NCBI RefSeq assembly: GCF_019236175.1
Contig: NZ_JAFAJM010000018.1
Coordinates: 13,296-77,295 of the forward strand
Length of the DNA stretch: 64,000 nucleotides
From: Chryseobacterium sp.
GTDB lineage: Bacteria; Bacteroidota; Bacteroidia; Flavobacteriales; Weeksellaceae
Direction of reading: 5' to 3'
The translations under genes were made by a program, and so were the position numbers. Of this stretch, positions 39,979 through 48,700 are shown piece by piece. Below the pieces are notes generated by a model. It worked only from the letters and a program-made list of their open reading frames with translations. It was not told the origin of the DNA and did no database searches. Within the stretch, counting starts at the first letter, position 1. The number at the start of each line of letters is the position of its first letter.

Positions 39979-39997
39979 ATTCTGTAGAGATACTGAA
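39979..39997 (-). promoter_or_regulatory. Tandem-repeat operator box, copy 2, upstream of PepSY-like gene
   Basis: 17/19 identical to 39413-39431 and at a similar distance (41 vs 40 nt) from the start codon. Confidence 0.55.
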
Positions 39998-40018
39998 TTT
40001 TTTTAGTATCCGTAAAAA

Positions 40019-41269
40019 TTAATGAAAATGAATACTGAACATATGCTGTTGATTGGTGAAATGGTATTGAATTTCATACTGATACAGATCACAGATTTTC
40101 TTACTCATTTCCAGCCCGAGCCCTATACTATGGGTATTTTCGGATTGCTTTTTAAATCGTTGGAATAGTTCCTCATGATTTAATTCCTTTTTTGCGGGAT
40201 TGGAAATGATGAGGTTTCGTTGTTCTGTTTTTACAGAAAGAGTCTGCCCGTTTTCCGAATGTCTTATGGCATTTGACAGTATATTTCCAATGAGAATGTC
40301 AATGAGAATGGGATTGGCAGTGATTTCAATTTCGTGATCCAGTGAGAGATTCCATTGAAGTTCTTTTTGTTGTGCCGGTTCCTCATATTGGTCCAGCAGT
40401 TTTTGTATAATTGTTTGAATTCCTATTTTTTCGGTAGCCGGAAACTGGTTGTTTTCAATTTTAGTAAGAAGCAGTAAAGTACGGTTGAGACGTTGCATTT
40501 TATTTCCGGCGATGGCAATTTCTTCTATGAGTTCAGCCTGATCCTTTGAGATAGGGTTGGTTTGCATCAGTAACTCGAGTTTGCTTTGCATTACTGCAAT
40601 AGGCGTTTGCAGTTCGTGGGAAGCATTTTCTGTAAATTCTTTTTGTGTTTTATAGAGTCTCTGATTCCGTTTGGTAAGATCTTTTATGGAATTTCCTAAA
40701 TTGTTGAACTCTTCAATATGGGTAGGCATAAAACGGTAACTGTCATCGTTGTCTACACGATATAAGTTCAGCTTGTTCACGATATCATTAAAGGGTTTCC
40801 ATAATTTTTTGGAAAGCTGGAAATTAATAATCATCAAACCAATCAGCAGAGCAGCTACCAATATGAATTGTAATATTAATATGCTATTAAGCAGATCTTC
40901 ATCCTCGATCATGGATTTTTGGATTCTTATTTCATAAGGTTTCCCATTGACAAAGGTATTGGAAAGCAGAATCCGGTGCATTACCGTTTCATTATCATCA
41001 GGAATAAAAACAGGCTTATTATAAATAGAATCAAAAATCTTAGGATTGCTGGAAGGACGTACAATGATACTGTTTTCAAAGGAAATAAAATTATCGGGAA
41101 TTGTCGTTCTGAGTTGTTTTTCTATCCATACTTTCTGGTGATTCATGCTTTCATCCAGACTCTTCAGCATCAGATACTGCAGAGAAAAGTAAAAAACAGG
41201 AATTGCTATCAATAAAATAAGGATGGCATAAACAATATAACGGCGTGATATGTAATTGATTAATTTCAT
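40019..41269 (-). CDS. Sensor histidine kinase
   Basis: Two TM helices, FTENASHELQTP H-box, NILSNAIRH N-box, GLGL G-box. Confidence 0.93.
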   Translation of the reverse strand: MKLINYISRRYIVYAILILLIAIPVFYFSLQYLMLKSLDESMNHQKVWIEKQLRTTIPDNFISFENSIIVRPSSNPKIFDSIYNKPVFIPDDNETVMHRILLSNTFVNGKPYEIRIQKSMIEDEDLLNSILILQFILVAALLIGLMIINFQLSKKLWKPFNDIVNKLNLYRVDNDDSYRFMPTHIEEFNNLGNSIKDLTKRNQRLYKTQKEFTENASHELQTPIAVMQSKLELLMQTNPISKDQAELIEEIAIAGNKMQRLNRTLLLLTKIENNQFPATEKIGIQTIIQKLLDQYEEPAQQKELQWNLSLDHEIEITANPILIDILIGNILSNAIRHSENGQTLSVKTEQRNLIISNPAKKELNHEELFQRFKKQSENTHSIGLGLEMSKKICDLYQYEIQYHFTNQQHMFSIHFH

Positions 41270-41944
41270 TTAATATTCAAATTTATACCCCATTCCGTAC
41301 TGAGATTTTAAATAATCATTGCATTGGGCAGCGCTAAGTTTTTTCTTCAGGTTTTTAATATGTGCATAGATAAAATCGTAGTTATCATAGACTTCTGCAT
41401 TTTCCCCGGACAGATGCTCTGCAATGGCTGTTTTGGAAAGCACTCTGTTTTTATTGATGGTAAAATAGAGCAGCAGATCATATTCTTTTCGGGTAAGATC
41501 AACAAATTGGTTATGAACCGTAACTGTTTTGGCAAGGGTATCAATGGTGATTTCGTGAAAGACCAGCACATTTCCCCCGTTAAATCTACGACGGCGGATA
41601 ACAGCAGCGATACGGGCACTTAATTCTGATAAATGAAAAGGTTTGGGAATATAATCATCTGCTCCCAGCTGCAATCCGGTTATTTTATCATCTATGGAAT
41701 CTTTGGCTGAAATAATGATGACTCCGTCTGTTTTATTATTTTCTTTTAAAGCTTTCAAAATGTTGAGCCCATTACCATCCGGAAGGGAAATGTCGAGAAG
41801 AATACAGTCGTAATCATAAGAATCTACTTTCTCAATGGCGGTATTGAAATTAGTGGCTACTTCACAGAGATAGTTCTCCTGTTTTAAATAGGTGATAATA
41901 CTTTTACTCAGTGCAGCTTCATCTTCGATAACGAGTATTTTCAT
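41270..41944 (-). CDS. OmpR family response regulator
   Basis: ILVIEDE, LLDISLPDGNG, GADDYIPKPF, winged helix YGMGYK. Confidence 0.95.
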   Translation of the reverse strand: MKILVIEDEAALSKSIITYLKQENYLCEVATNFNTAIEKVDSYDYDCILLDISLPDGNGLNILKALKENNKTDGVIIISAKDSIDDKITGLQLGADDYIPKPFHLSELSARIAAVIRRRRFNGGNVLVFHEITIDTLAKTVTVHNQFVDLTRKEYDLLLYFTINKNRVLSKTAIAEHLSGENAEVYDNYDFIYAHIKNLKKKLSAAQCNDYLKSQYGMGYKFEY

Positions 41945-41973
41945 ACAATAGTTTTATTCAAAAATAGGATTAA

Positions 41974-41992
41974 AATCTGAATGAAAACTGAA
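41974..41992 (-). promoter_or_regulatory. Tandem-repeat operator box, copy 3, upstream of the response regulator
   Basis: Minus strand TTCAGTTTTCATTCAGATT, followed 13 nt after the second CAG by TATTTTTG (TAnnTTTG). Confidence 0.5.
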
Positions 41993-42225
41993 TTATTAAA
42001 ATCAGTCGGGTTTCTAAAGTTTATGAGCTTCTTCCGGACAAGTTTTATCACCAGAGATCAGTTTTTAACAGCTTTTCTATGCATCTCAGACAACAGGACT
42101 ATAGTTATTATGGTTTTTACCCGAAATGATAAACCATACTGGTCGTAATTTTTTAAGATGCAGATATTTGTTTAATTTTGTTATAGAAGTACTGTGGAAA
42201 ATAAACAATTAAAAATAAGTAGACT

Positions 42226-42615
42226 ATGTTAAATCAGATAAAAGAATTTAAGAATAACGCAATTGCGCTGGAGATATTGGGCGCATTTACAGAAGCTGAC
42301 GCATTGCTTATAGAGCAGCTTTTTGAGGAAAAACTGAATAATGGATATCAGCATGTTAATATACTTATTAAAGTCAAAGACATGTCGGTGCTTAAAGAGA
42401 TGAAGCTAAAAGGTTTTTTTGAGGGTGAACTATGGGGAATTAAACACTTTGGAAAAATAGGACGCTGCGCTGTGGTATCACATTCGGATTTCATGAAATT
42501 GGTGGTTACTATTGAAAATGAAGTTTTGCACTTGTTCAATCCGGCCCTGAAAGAGAAATATTTTGAAGAAACGGAATTAGAGAAAGCCTTAGAATTCATA
42601 GCATCCGATGAATAA
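42226..42615 (+). CDS. STAS/SEC14 (SpoIIAA-like) domain protein
   Basis: IALEILGAFTEAD, KHFGKIGRCAVVS, YFEETELEKALEFI. Confidence 0.75.
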   Translation: MLNQIKEFKNNAIALEILGAFTEADALLIEQLFEEKLNNGYQHVNILIKVKDMSVLKEMKLKGFFEGELWGIKHFGKIGRCAVVSHSDFMKLVVTIENEVLHLFNPALKEKYFEETELEKALEFIASDE

Positions 42616-42829
42616 ATAAGAGCATCACATTTGTCGCAGGCCTTCCGATACAGAATTTGAGTGGCGGACTGATAAAGTCACTAAAAACATTCTTTGGAGT
42701 TCCTTACGTGATTTCCGGAGACTTTACAATTATTTTTCCTGAAATCCTGATTCCGGAAAACACTTTCAGGTCCTTTTATTCAACAGTATTGCAGATATTT
42801 GTATAGTCGTATTAAATTCGACTGTACCT

Positions 42830-43624
42830 ATGAAATCTGTTCACCCGATTGATCCCTTACAGTTTATTTTTTTTGAACTGGGCAATATTCCAGAAGATTA
42901 TCAGGAAAACCCTATGCGTGCTGGGTTTTTCGAAATAGTTTGGCTTATAAATACTGAAGCGGAAACTGAGGATTATATGTACCTGATCCCGCTGTATCGT
43001 CTTTCAAAGCTCAATCTTGAGAATAAAAAAGGCTGTCTGATTGCCTTTAAAAGAGATTACCTGGAAGAAGATGATAAGGAATATGCATTGGATGTTTTCA
43101 ACCTTTTTAATATGAACGGACAGTATACAGGGTTTCGTGTGAGCCCTGGTATGAGAGAAACACTTCAAAATATCAGAAGACTACTGGAGAAGGAATATAC
43201 CCATCCGATGGGAACATATCTGATCATAAAGGCATTATTAAAAGTATTTCTGCTGAATCTTATCCGGATGAATCAAGACTACTTTTTAAATCAGGAATTA
43301 AATCAGAAACGCGTCTATCAGTTTATCCTTCTGATGGATGAAAATTACAAGACAGAACGTAAGGCAGATTTTTATTCCTCTAAAATGGGAATCAGCGAAA
43401 AAAGAATTAATCAGATCCTGAAAGAAAAAATGAATAGAACCTTAACTCAGCTCCTTCATGAAAGACTAGTGGTAGAGGCAAACAGGATGTTGATTGGCGG
43501 AGAGTTTACCATCAAAGAAATTGCATTTGATCTGAATTTTGAAGATCCTGCCTATTTTTCCCGGTTTTATAAAAAGCACACCGGCAGAACTCCTGAGGAT
43601 TTTAAAAAACATCATCTCACCTGA
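42830..43624 (+). CDS. AraC family transcriptional regulator
   Basis: IKEIAFDLNFEDPAYFSRFYKKHTG. Confidence 0.93.
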   Translation: MKSVHPIDPLQFIFFELGNIPEDYQENPMRAGFFEIVWLINTEAETEDYMYLIPLYRLSKLNLENKKGCLIAFKRDYLEEDDKEYALDVFNLFNMNGQYTGFRVSPGMRETLQNIRRLLEKEYTHPMGTYLIIKALLKVFLLNLIRMNQDYFLNQELNQKRVYQFILLMDENYKTERKADFYSSKMGISEKRINQILKEKMNRTLTQLLHERLVVEANRMLIGGEFTIKEIAFDLNFEDPAYFSRFYKKHTGRTPEDFKKHHLT

Positions 43625-43845
43625 AATTCTTTCAATGTATATTAAGTTCCGATAAACATTTCCGGATTGTACCAATGGATTAGAAAATAGTACAGCTCAA
43701 CTGATTCAGCCCCGGCCTAACTTTGTCTGGCGGTTAAAAGATTTCTATGAATAAAAGAAGAATGTATTTTTTAGCAGCATTTTATCCCTTCTTCTATCAT
43801 GAATTTTTAATCGAAAAATAATCATATACATAAAACTTATTCATT

Positions 43846-44547
43846 ATGGAATTGACAATAGAAACAGAAAAATTAGTACGGGAGAATATTAATGCTCTTC
43901 TATCTCCGAAGCCTGTACGTATGGAAGCAGGTATCCAGAGACTTGAAAACGGAATGCTTCATGTGGCGATGAGAAATGTGCTGCACGACTGTAAAGGTAA
44001 AATGCTGGACTGGTGGTTTACCTATTTTGAAACTACAGCAGATTTAAAGTTGTGGCATCCGCTGGATCACGTTGCACACGGAGGATGGGACAGCCAATGG
44101 ATTAAAAATGAAAACTATATAGGAGCTACCATTCATGCAACAGAATCATTAGGAAATATACCTCCGGTATCAGCTACCATTAAATTCCATGATCCCGCAG
44201 ACATTTTTGATTCCGTTATTCTGCATCAGGCTTATGCCAACGGAGACGTAAGTGCTGTTATTTATGCCAGAATCGGTTTTGGTGAAAATACTCCTGTAGA
44301 CATAAATGGTGATCCTTTGGATGGTTATATGTTTCATATTGTCAGAGATATGTCACAGGGATGCGTTCTAAGAAGTCATTTTTTTCTTGGAGCTTTAACA
44401 GCGGATAGTGATCATCAGCTTCCCGATGAAATTGGATTTGGGCTGATGGAACATTGCTACAGTGAATTTACTTATCTCGCGCAGGCTCTTCCCTCACTTT
44501 ATTATGCCGAGAATAAAAACGGAGATAAACCTCCTCTTTTGTGGTAG
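43846..44547 (+). CDS. 2,4-diacetylphloroglucinol hydrolase PhlG-like protein
   Basis: KMLDWWF...KLWHPLDH, ATE, LRSHFFLG, MEHCYSEFTYLA resemble PhlG-family motifs. Confidence 0.72.
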   Translation: MELTIETEKLVRENINALLSPKPVRMEAGIQRLENGMLHVAMRNVLHDCKGKMLDWWFTYFETTADLKLWHPLDHVAHGGWDSQWIKNENYIGATIHATESLGNIPPVSATIKFHDPADIFDSVILHQAYANGDVSAVIYARIGFGENTPVDINGDPLDGYMFHIVRDMSQGCVLRSHFFLGALTADSDHQLPDEIGFGLMEHCYSEFTYLAQALPSLYYAENKNGDKPPLLW

Positions 44548-44740
44548 CCTTACAAAAATGACTTTAAATTTATGTTTGACAGCATGTGAAGGTATTTTAC
44601 ATGCTGTTTTGGGAGGAAGTAATTTCATAAACAAGCACTTATCATGAAAGAGATTAGAGTGGAGCTGAAGGCTATTCACAGACATATCCGGCTTCTTCAG
44701 AGGAAAAGTAAAATTTATTGAATAAAAAACATAAAAAAAG

Positions 44741-44770
44741 TTGGAGTTAAAAGAAAAATTACTATCTTCG
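44741..44770 (+). promoter_or_regulatory. Promoter of the tRNA-Lys pair
   Basis: TTG (44741) -19 nt- TATCTTCG (44763). Block 44757-44802 is 44/46 identical to 11551-11596. Confidence 0.65.
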
Positions 44771-44813
44771 CAGTCCCTTAAATAAAGGGATTTACTTAAA
44801 AAAGTAAGTGGCC

Positions 44814-44886
44814 GACTCGGTAGCTCAGCTGGTAGAGCAATACACTTTTAATGTATGGGTCCTGGGTTCGAATCCCAGCCGGGTCA
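44814..44886 (+). tRNA. tRNA-Lys (TTT)
   Basis: Identical 73-nt sequence to 11620-11692. Confidence 0.97.
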
Positions 44887-44950
44887 CAAGTAAGAAAACT
44901 AGTGTTTTGAGATTTTTAAAACTTCAAAATTACTTAAAAAAATAATGGCC

Positions 44951-45023
44951 GACTCGGTAGCTCAGCTGGTAGAGCAATACACTTTTAATGTATGGGTCCT
45001 GGGTTCGAATCCCAGCCGGGTCA
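44951..45023 (+). tRNA. tRNA-Lys (TTT)
   Basis: Identical 73-nt sequence, tandem copy. Confidence 0.97.
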
Positions 45024-45033
45024 CAAACAAAAG

Positions 45034-45058
45034 AACTACCTTTCAGGTGGTTTTTTTT
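45034..45058 (+). terminator. Terminator after tRNA-Lys pair
   Basis: AACTACCT-TTC-AGGTGGTT followed by T-run. Confidence 0.6.
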
Positions 45059-45261
45059 ATGCAAATAAAAATCAATGCTTTCAGTTTCTGCTGTCTGGAT
45101 TTGTATAATTTACTTAAAAAAATAAGTAGTTAAGAATAGTTTTATAGGAATTTCTAAAAGTCAAGTTACAGGATATTACTTAGAATTAAATCTGGTTAAT
45201 ACTTCTATATAAAGTACTTATTTAAAATCATTCTTAATGAAAGATTTTATAATTTTGGGTA

Positions 45262-45648
45262 GTGAAAAAGCTGATTGCCATATTATTATTATCACTGTAT
45301 TTGGTTTCTACAACCGAACTGTATCAGCTTTTGAAAATGCCGCTTCTTATAGAACATTATATGGAGCATAAGAAACTTAATCCCGAAATGTCTCTTACTG
45401 CGTTTCTGAAAACCCATTATGATCATCCGGTTAAAGACAGCGATTATGATAAAGATCAGAGGCTGCCTTTTGTTTCGCACGGCAATCTTCTTTCGGTGGT
45501 TTTCACCATCAGTCCGGCTTTAGATTTTCATTGCACTGAAAAGACCGGTCGTCCGACAGAGATAAGTCCGGTTTTTTATAAAAATGTATTCCATCATAAG
45601 GAAATTGTAAATTCTATCTGGGAGCCTCCCAAATTTCATCAGTCTTAA
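45262..45648 (+). CDS. Small exported/membrane hypothetical protein preceding the heavy-metal RND
   Basis: GTG start, hydrophobic N-terminus, His/Asp-rich EHYMEH...HYDHPVKDSDYDKD and terminal IWEPPK. Confidence 0.65.
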   Translation: MKKLIAILLLSLYLVSTTELYQLLKMPLLIEHYMEHKKLNPEMSLTAFLKTHYDHPVKDSDYDKDQRLPFVSHGNLLSVVFTISPALDFHCTEKTGRPTEISPVFYKNVFHHKEIVNSIWEPPKFHQS

Positions 45649-45784
45649 TCTGTTTTTTTTCTCAATCATTTTTTGATTGGGCTATTCTGTTGTACAGGTA
45701 ATGAATCTGCGAAATAATGCAGACGTATTTCCTTTGTACTTCAGGTACTTAAACTTGTTAATAATTAAGATTAATGAATCATTT

Positions 45785-48700
45785 ATGCTTACAAAAATCA
45801 TTGAGTTTTCTGTAAAGAATAAACTCATTATTGCATTGTTGGTCATGGGGCTTATTGGAATGGGTTCCTATCAGGTCACTAAACTGCCCATAGATGCGGT
45901 ACCCGACATTACCAATAATCAGGTACAGGTCATTACCATTGCGCCTTCTTTTGGAGCAACGGATATAGAACGACTTGTTACTTTTCCTATAGAACAGGCC
46001 AATAATAATATTTCAGGATTAAAAGAAATCCGGAGTTTTTCCAGATTTGGATTATCACTTGTCACCATTGTCTTTGAAGACGATATCGATATCTACTGGG
46101 CCCGGCAACAGGTTGCAGAAAGGCTGCAACAGGTGCAGGCTGTCATTCCGCAGGGAATAGGAAATCCTCAGCTGGGGCCTATTTCTACGGGACTTGGCGA
46201 AATTTTTCAATACGTAGTAAGACCTGAAAAGGGGTATGAAAAAAAATATAATATTACGGAGCTCCGTACCATTCAGGACTGGATTGTAAGAAGGCAGCTT
46301 TTGGGCGTAAAAGGAGTGGCGGAAGTGAGCAGTTTTGGCGGAAAACTGAAACAATATGAAATTGCTGTCAATCCGGACAGGCTGAATGCTTACGGGATTA
46401 CCATTAATGATGTTTTTGACGCTTTACAGGCTAATAATCAAAATACGGGAGGTGCTTATATTGAAAAAGGTCCCACTGTTTTATACATCAGAAGCGAAGG
46501 GCTGGTTGGAAGTATTGAAGAAATTAAAAATATTTCCATTACTACAAAAACAAACGAAGTTCCGTTGTTTATAAGAGATATTGCAGAAGTAAAACCGGGT
46601 TTTGCTACCCGGTACGGAGCAATGACTTTTAATGACCAGGGAGAGGTTTCCGGGGCGGTAGTTATGATGCTCAAAGGGGAAAACAGCAATCAGGTGATCA
46701 AAAATGTAAAAGAGAAAATAGCCCAGGTTCAGAAGACGCTTCCCAAAGGAGTGTTAATAGAGCCTTTCCTGGATCGTACCAAAATGGTGAACAACGCTAT
46801 TGGAACAGTTGAAAGAAACCTTACAGAAGGAGCTTTGATTGTTGTTTTTGTTCTTGTATTATTTCTCGGGAATGTTCGGGCCGGTTTACTGGTGGCTTCG
46901 GTGATTCCTCTTGCCATGTTGTTTGCGGTCTGTATGATGAATCTTTTTGGAGTCAGTGGTAATCTGATGAGTCTTGGAGCACTGGATTTCGGTTTGATTA
47001 TTGATGGCGCGGTAATTATAGTAGAATCTGTTTTACATCAGTTCAGTCATAATTCTAAATTCAAAAAGATTTTTTCTGTCGGAGAATCAGAAATGGATAC
47101 CGTTGTTATAGATTCTGCAGGAAAAATGATGAATAGTGCCGTTTTCGGACAGATTATTATCCTGATTGTATATCTTCCGATCCTTACTTTACAGGGAATT
47201 GAAGGGAAAATGTTCAGACCTATGGCTCAGACTGTCGCATTTGCCCTGTTGGGAGCATTTTTGCTGTCGCTGACCTATATTCCGATGATGAGTGCGGTTT
47301 TACTCAGAAAAAGAAGTGAAAAATCTACTTTTTCAGACAGGATGATGAAAAAAGCAGAGAAAATTTATCTTCATACACTGCTTAAGCTTCTTAGAATGCC
47401 TAAAATGGTTTTTGGAATTGTGGCGGCCTTGTTCATAACGGCGGTTTTCATTTTATCCGAAATGGGAGGAGAGTTTATTCCGTCTCTTGAAGAAGGAGAT
47501 TTTGCTGTGGATACAAGGGTTTTGCCCGGAAGTAATCTTACAACGACGATTGAAAGCACTCAAAAGGCTGCTCATATTCTAAAGTCCAGATTTCCTGAAG
47601 TGGAAAAGGTGGTTACTAAAATAGGAAGTGGGGAAGTTCCTACCGACCCAATGCCCATGGATGCTTCAGATATGATGGTTATTTTAAAAGATAAAAAAGA
47701 ATGGACTTCAGCATCTTCTTTTCCGGAATTAGCAGATAAAATGGGGAAACAGCTTCAGGATGTACCGGGAATTACCGCCAGTTTCCAGTTTCCGGTTCAG
47801 ATGCGTTTTAATGAATTAATGACAGGAGCAAGGCAGGATGTTGTCATTAAAATTTTTGGAGAAGATCTGGATGTTCTTTCACAATATGCCCAAAAACTTG
47901 GGAAAATCATCGAAACAGTAGATGGAACTCAGAATCTTTATATAGAGCCTGTTTCCGGCATGCCACAGGTTATTATAGAATACAACCGCCCTTTGATCGC
48001 TCAGTATCATCTCTCGGTTTCGGATATCAACAGAATTGTCAATACGGCATTTGCAGGGCAAAGTACAGGATTGGTTTTTGAAGGCGAAAAGCGGTTTGAT
48101 ATGGTGGTAAGACTTGATACAAAGGATCGTAAAAATGTTACTGATATTAAAAATCTTTTAGTTCCTACTCCTTCCGGAAACCAGATTCCGCTATCACAGC
48201 TTGCTAAAGTGGAGGTTAAAAATGGCCCCAATCAGATTCAGAGGGAAAATGCCCAGAGAAGAATTGTTGTGGGTTTCAATATAAAAGGCAGGGATGTACA
48301 GCGTATCGTGGAAGAGCTTCAGCATAAAACAGATCAGAATATGAAGCTGGCTACAGGATATTATATGACCTATGGAGGGTCATTTGAAAATCTTAATAAT
48401 GCTAAACAACGTCTTATGATTGCTGTTCCGATCGCATTGGCTCTTATTTTTGTAATGCTGTTTCTGGCTTTTAATTCCGTTAAAGAAAGTTTACTGATTT
48501 ACACGGCTATTCCCCTTTCCATTATTGGTGGTGTATTTCTGATGGCGCTCAGAGGAATGCCTTTCAGTATCAGTGCCGGAGTGGGATTTATTGCTCTTTT
48601 TGGAGTGGCCGTATTAAACGGAATTGTTTTGATTTCGGAGTTTAACCGGCTTCGGAAAAGAGGGATTACAAACATAGTCAGAATTGTTGTATATGGCGGA

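Larger units (their letters stand above)
11693..44756. mobile_element. Possible tRNA-Lys-bounded accessory island (no integrase seen)
   Basis: Flanked by direct repeats of promoter plus tRNA-Lys and filled with accessory genes. No recombinase gene found in the window. Confidence 0.3.

Noticed and set aside
11693-44756. Prophage or ICE between the tRNA-Lys copies
   Set aside because: No integrase, relaxase, conjugation, capsid or terminase genes are present in the interval.
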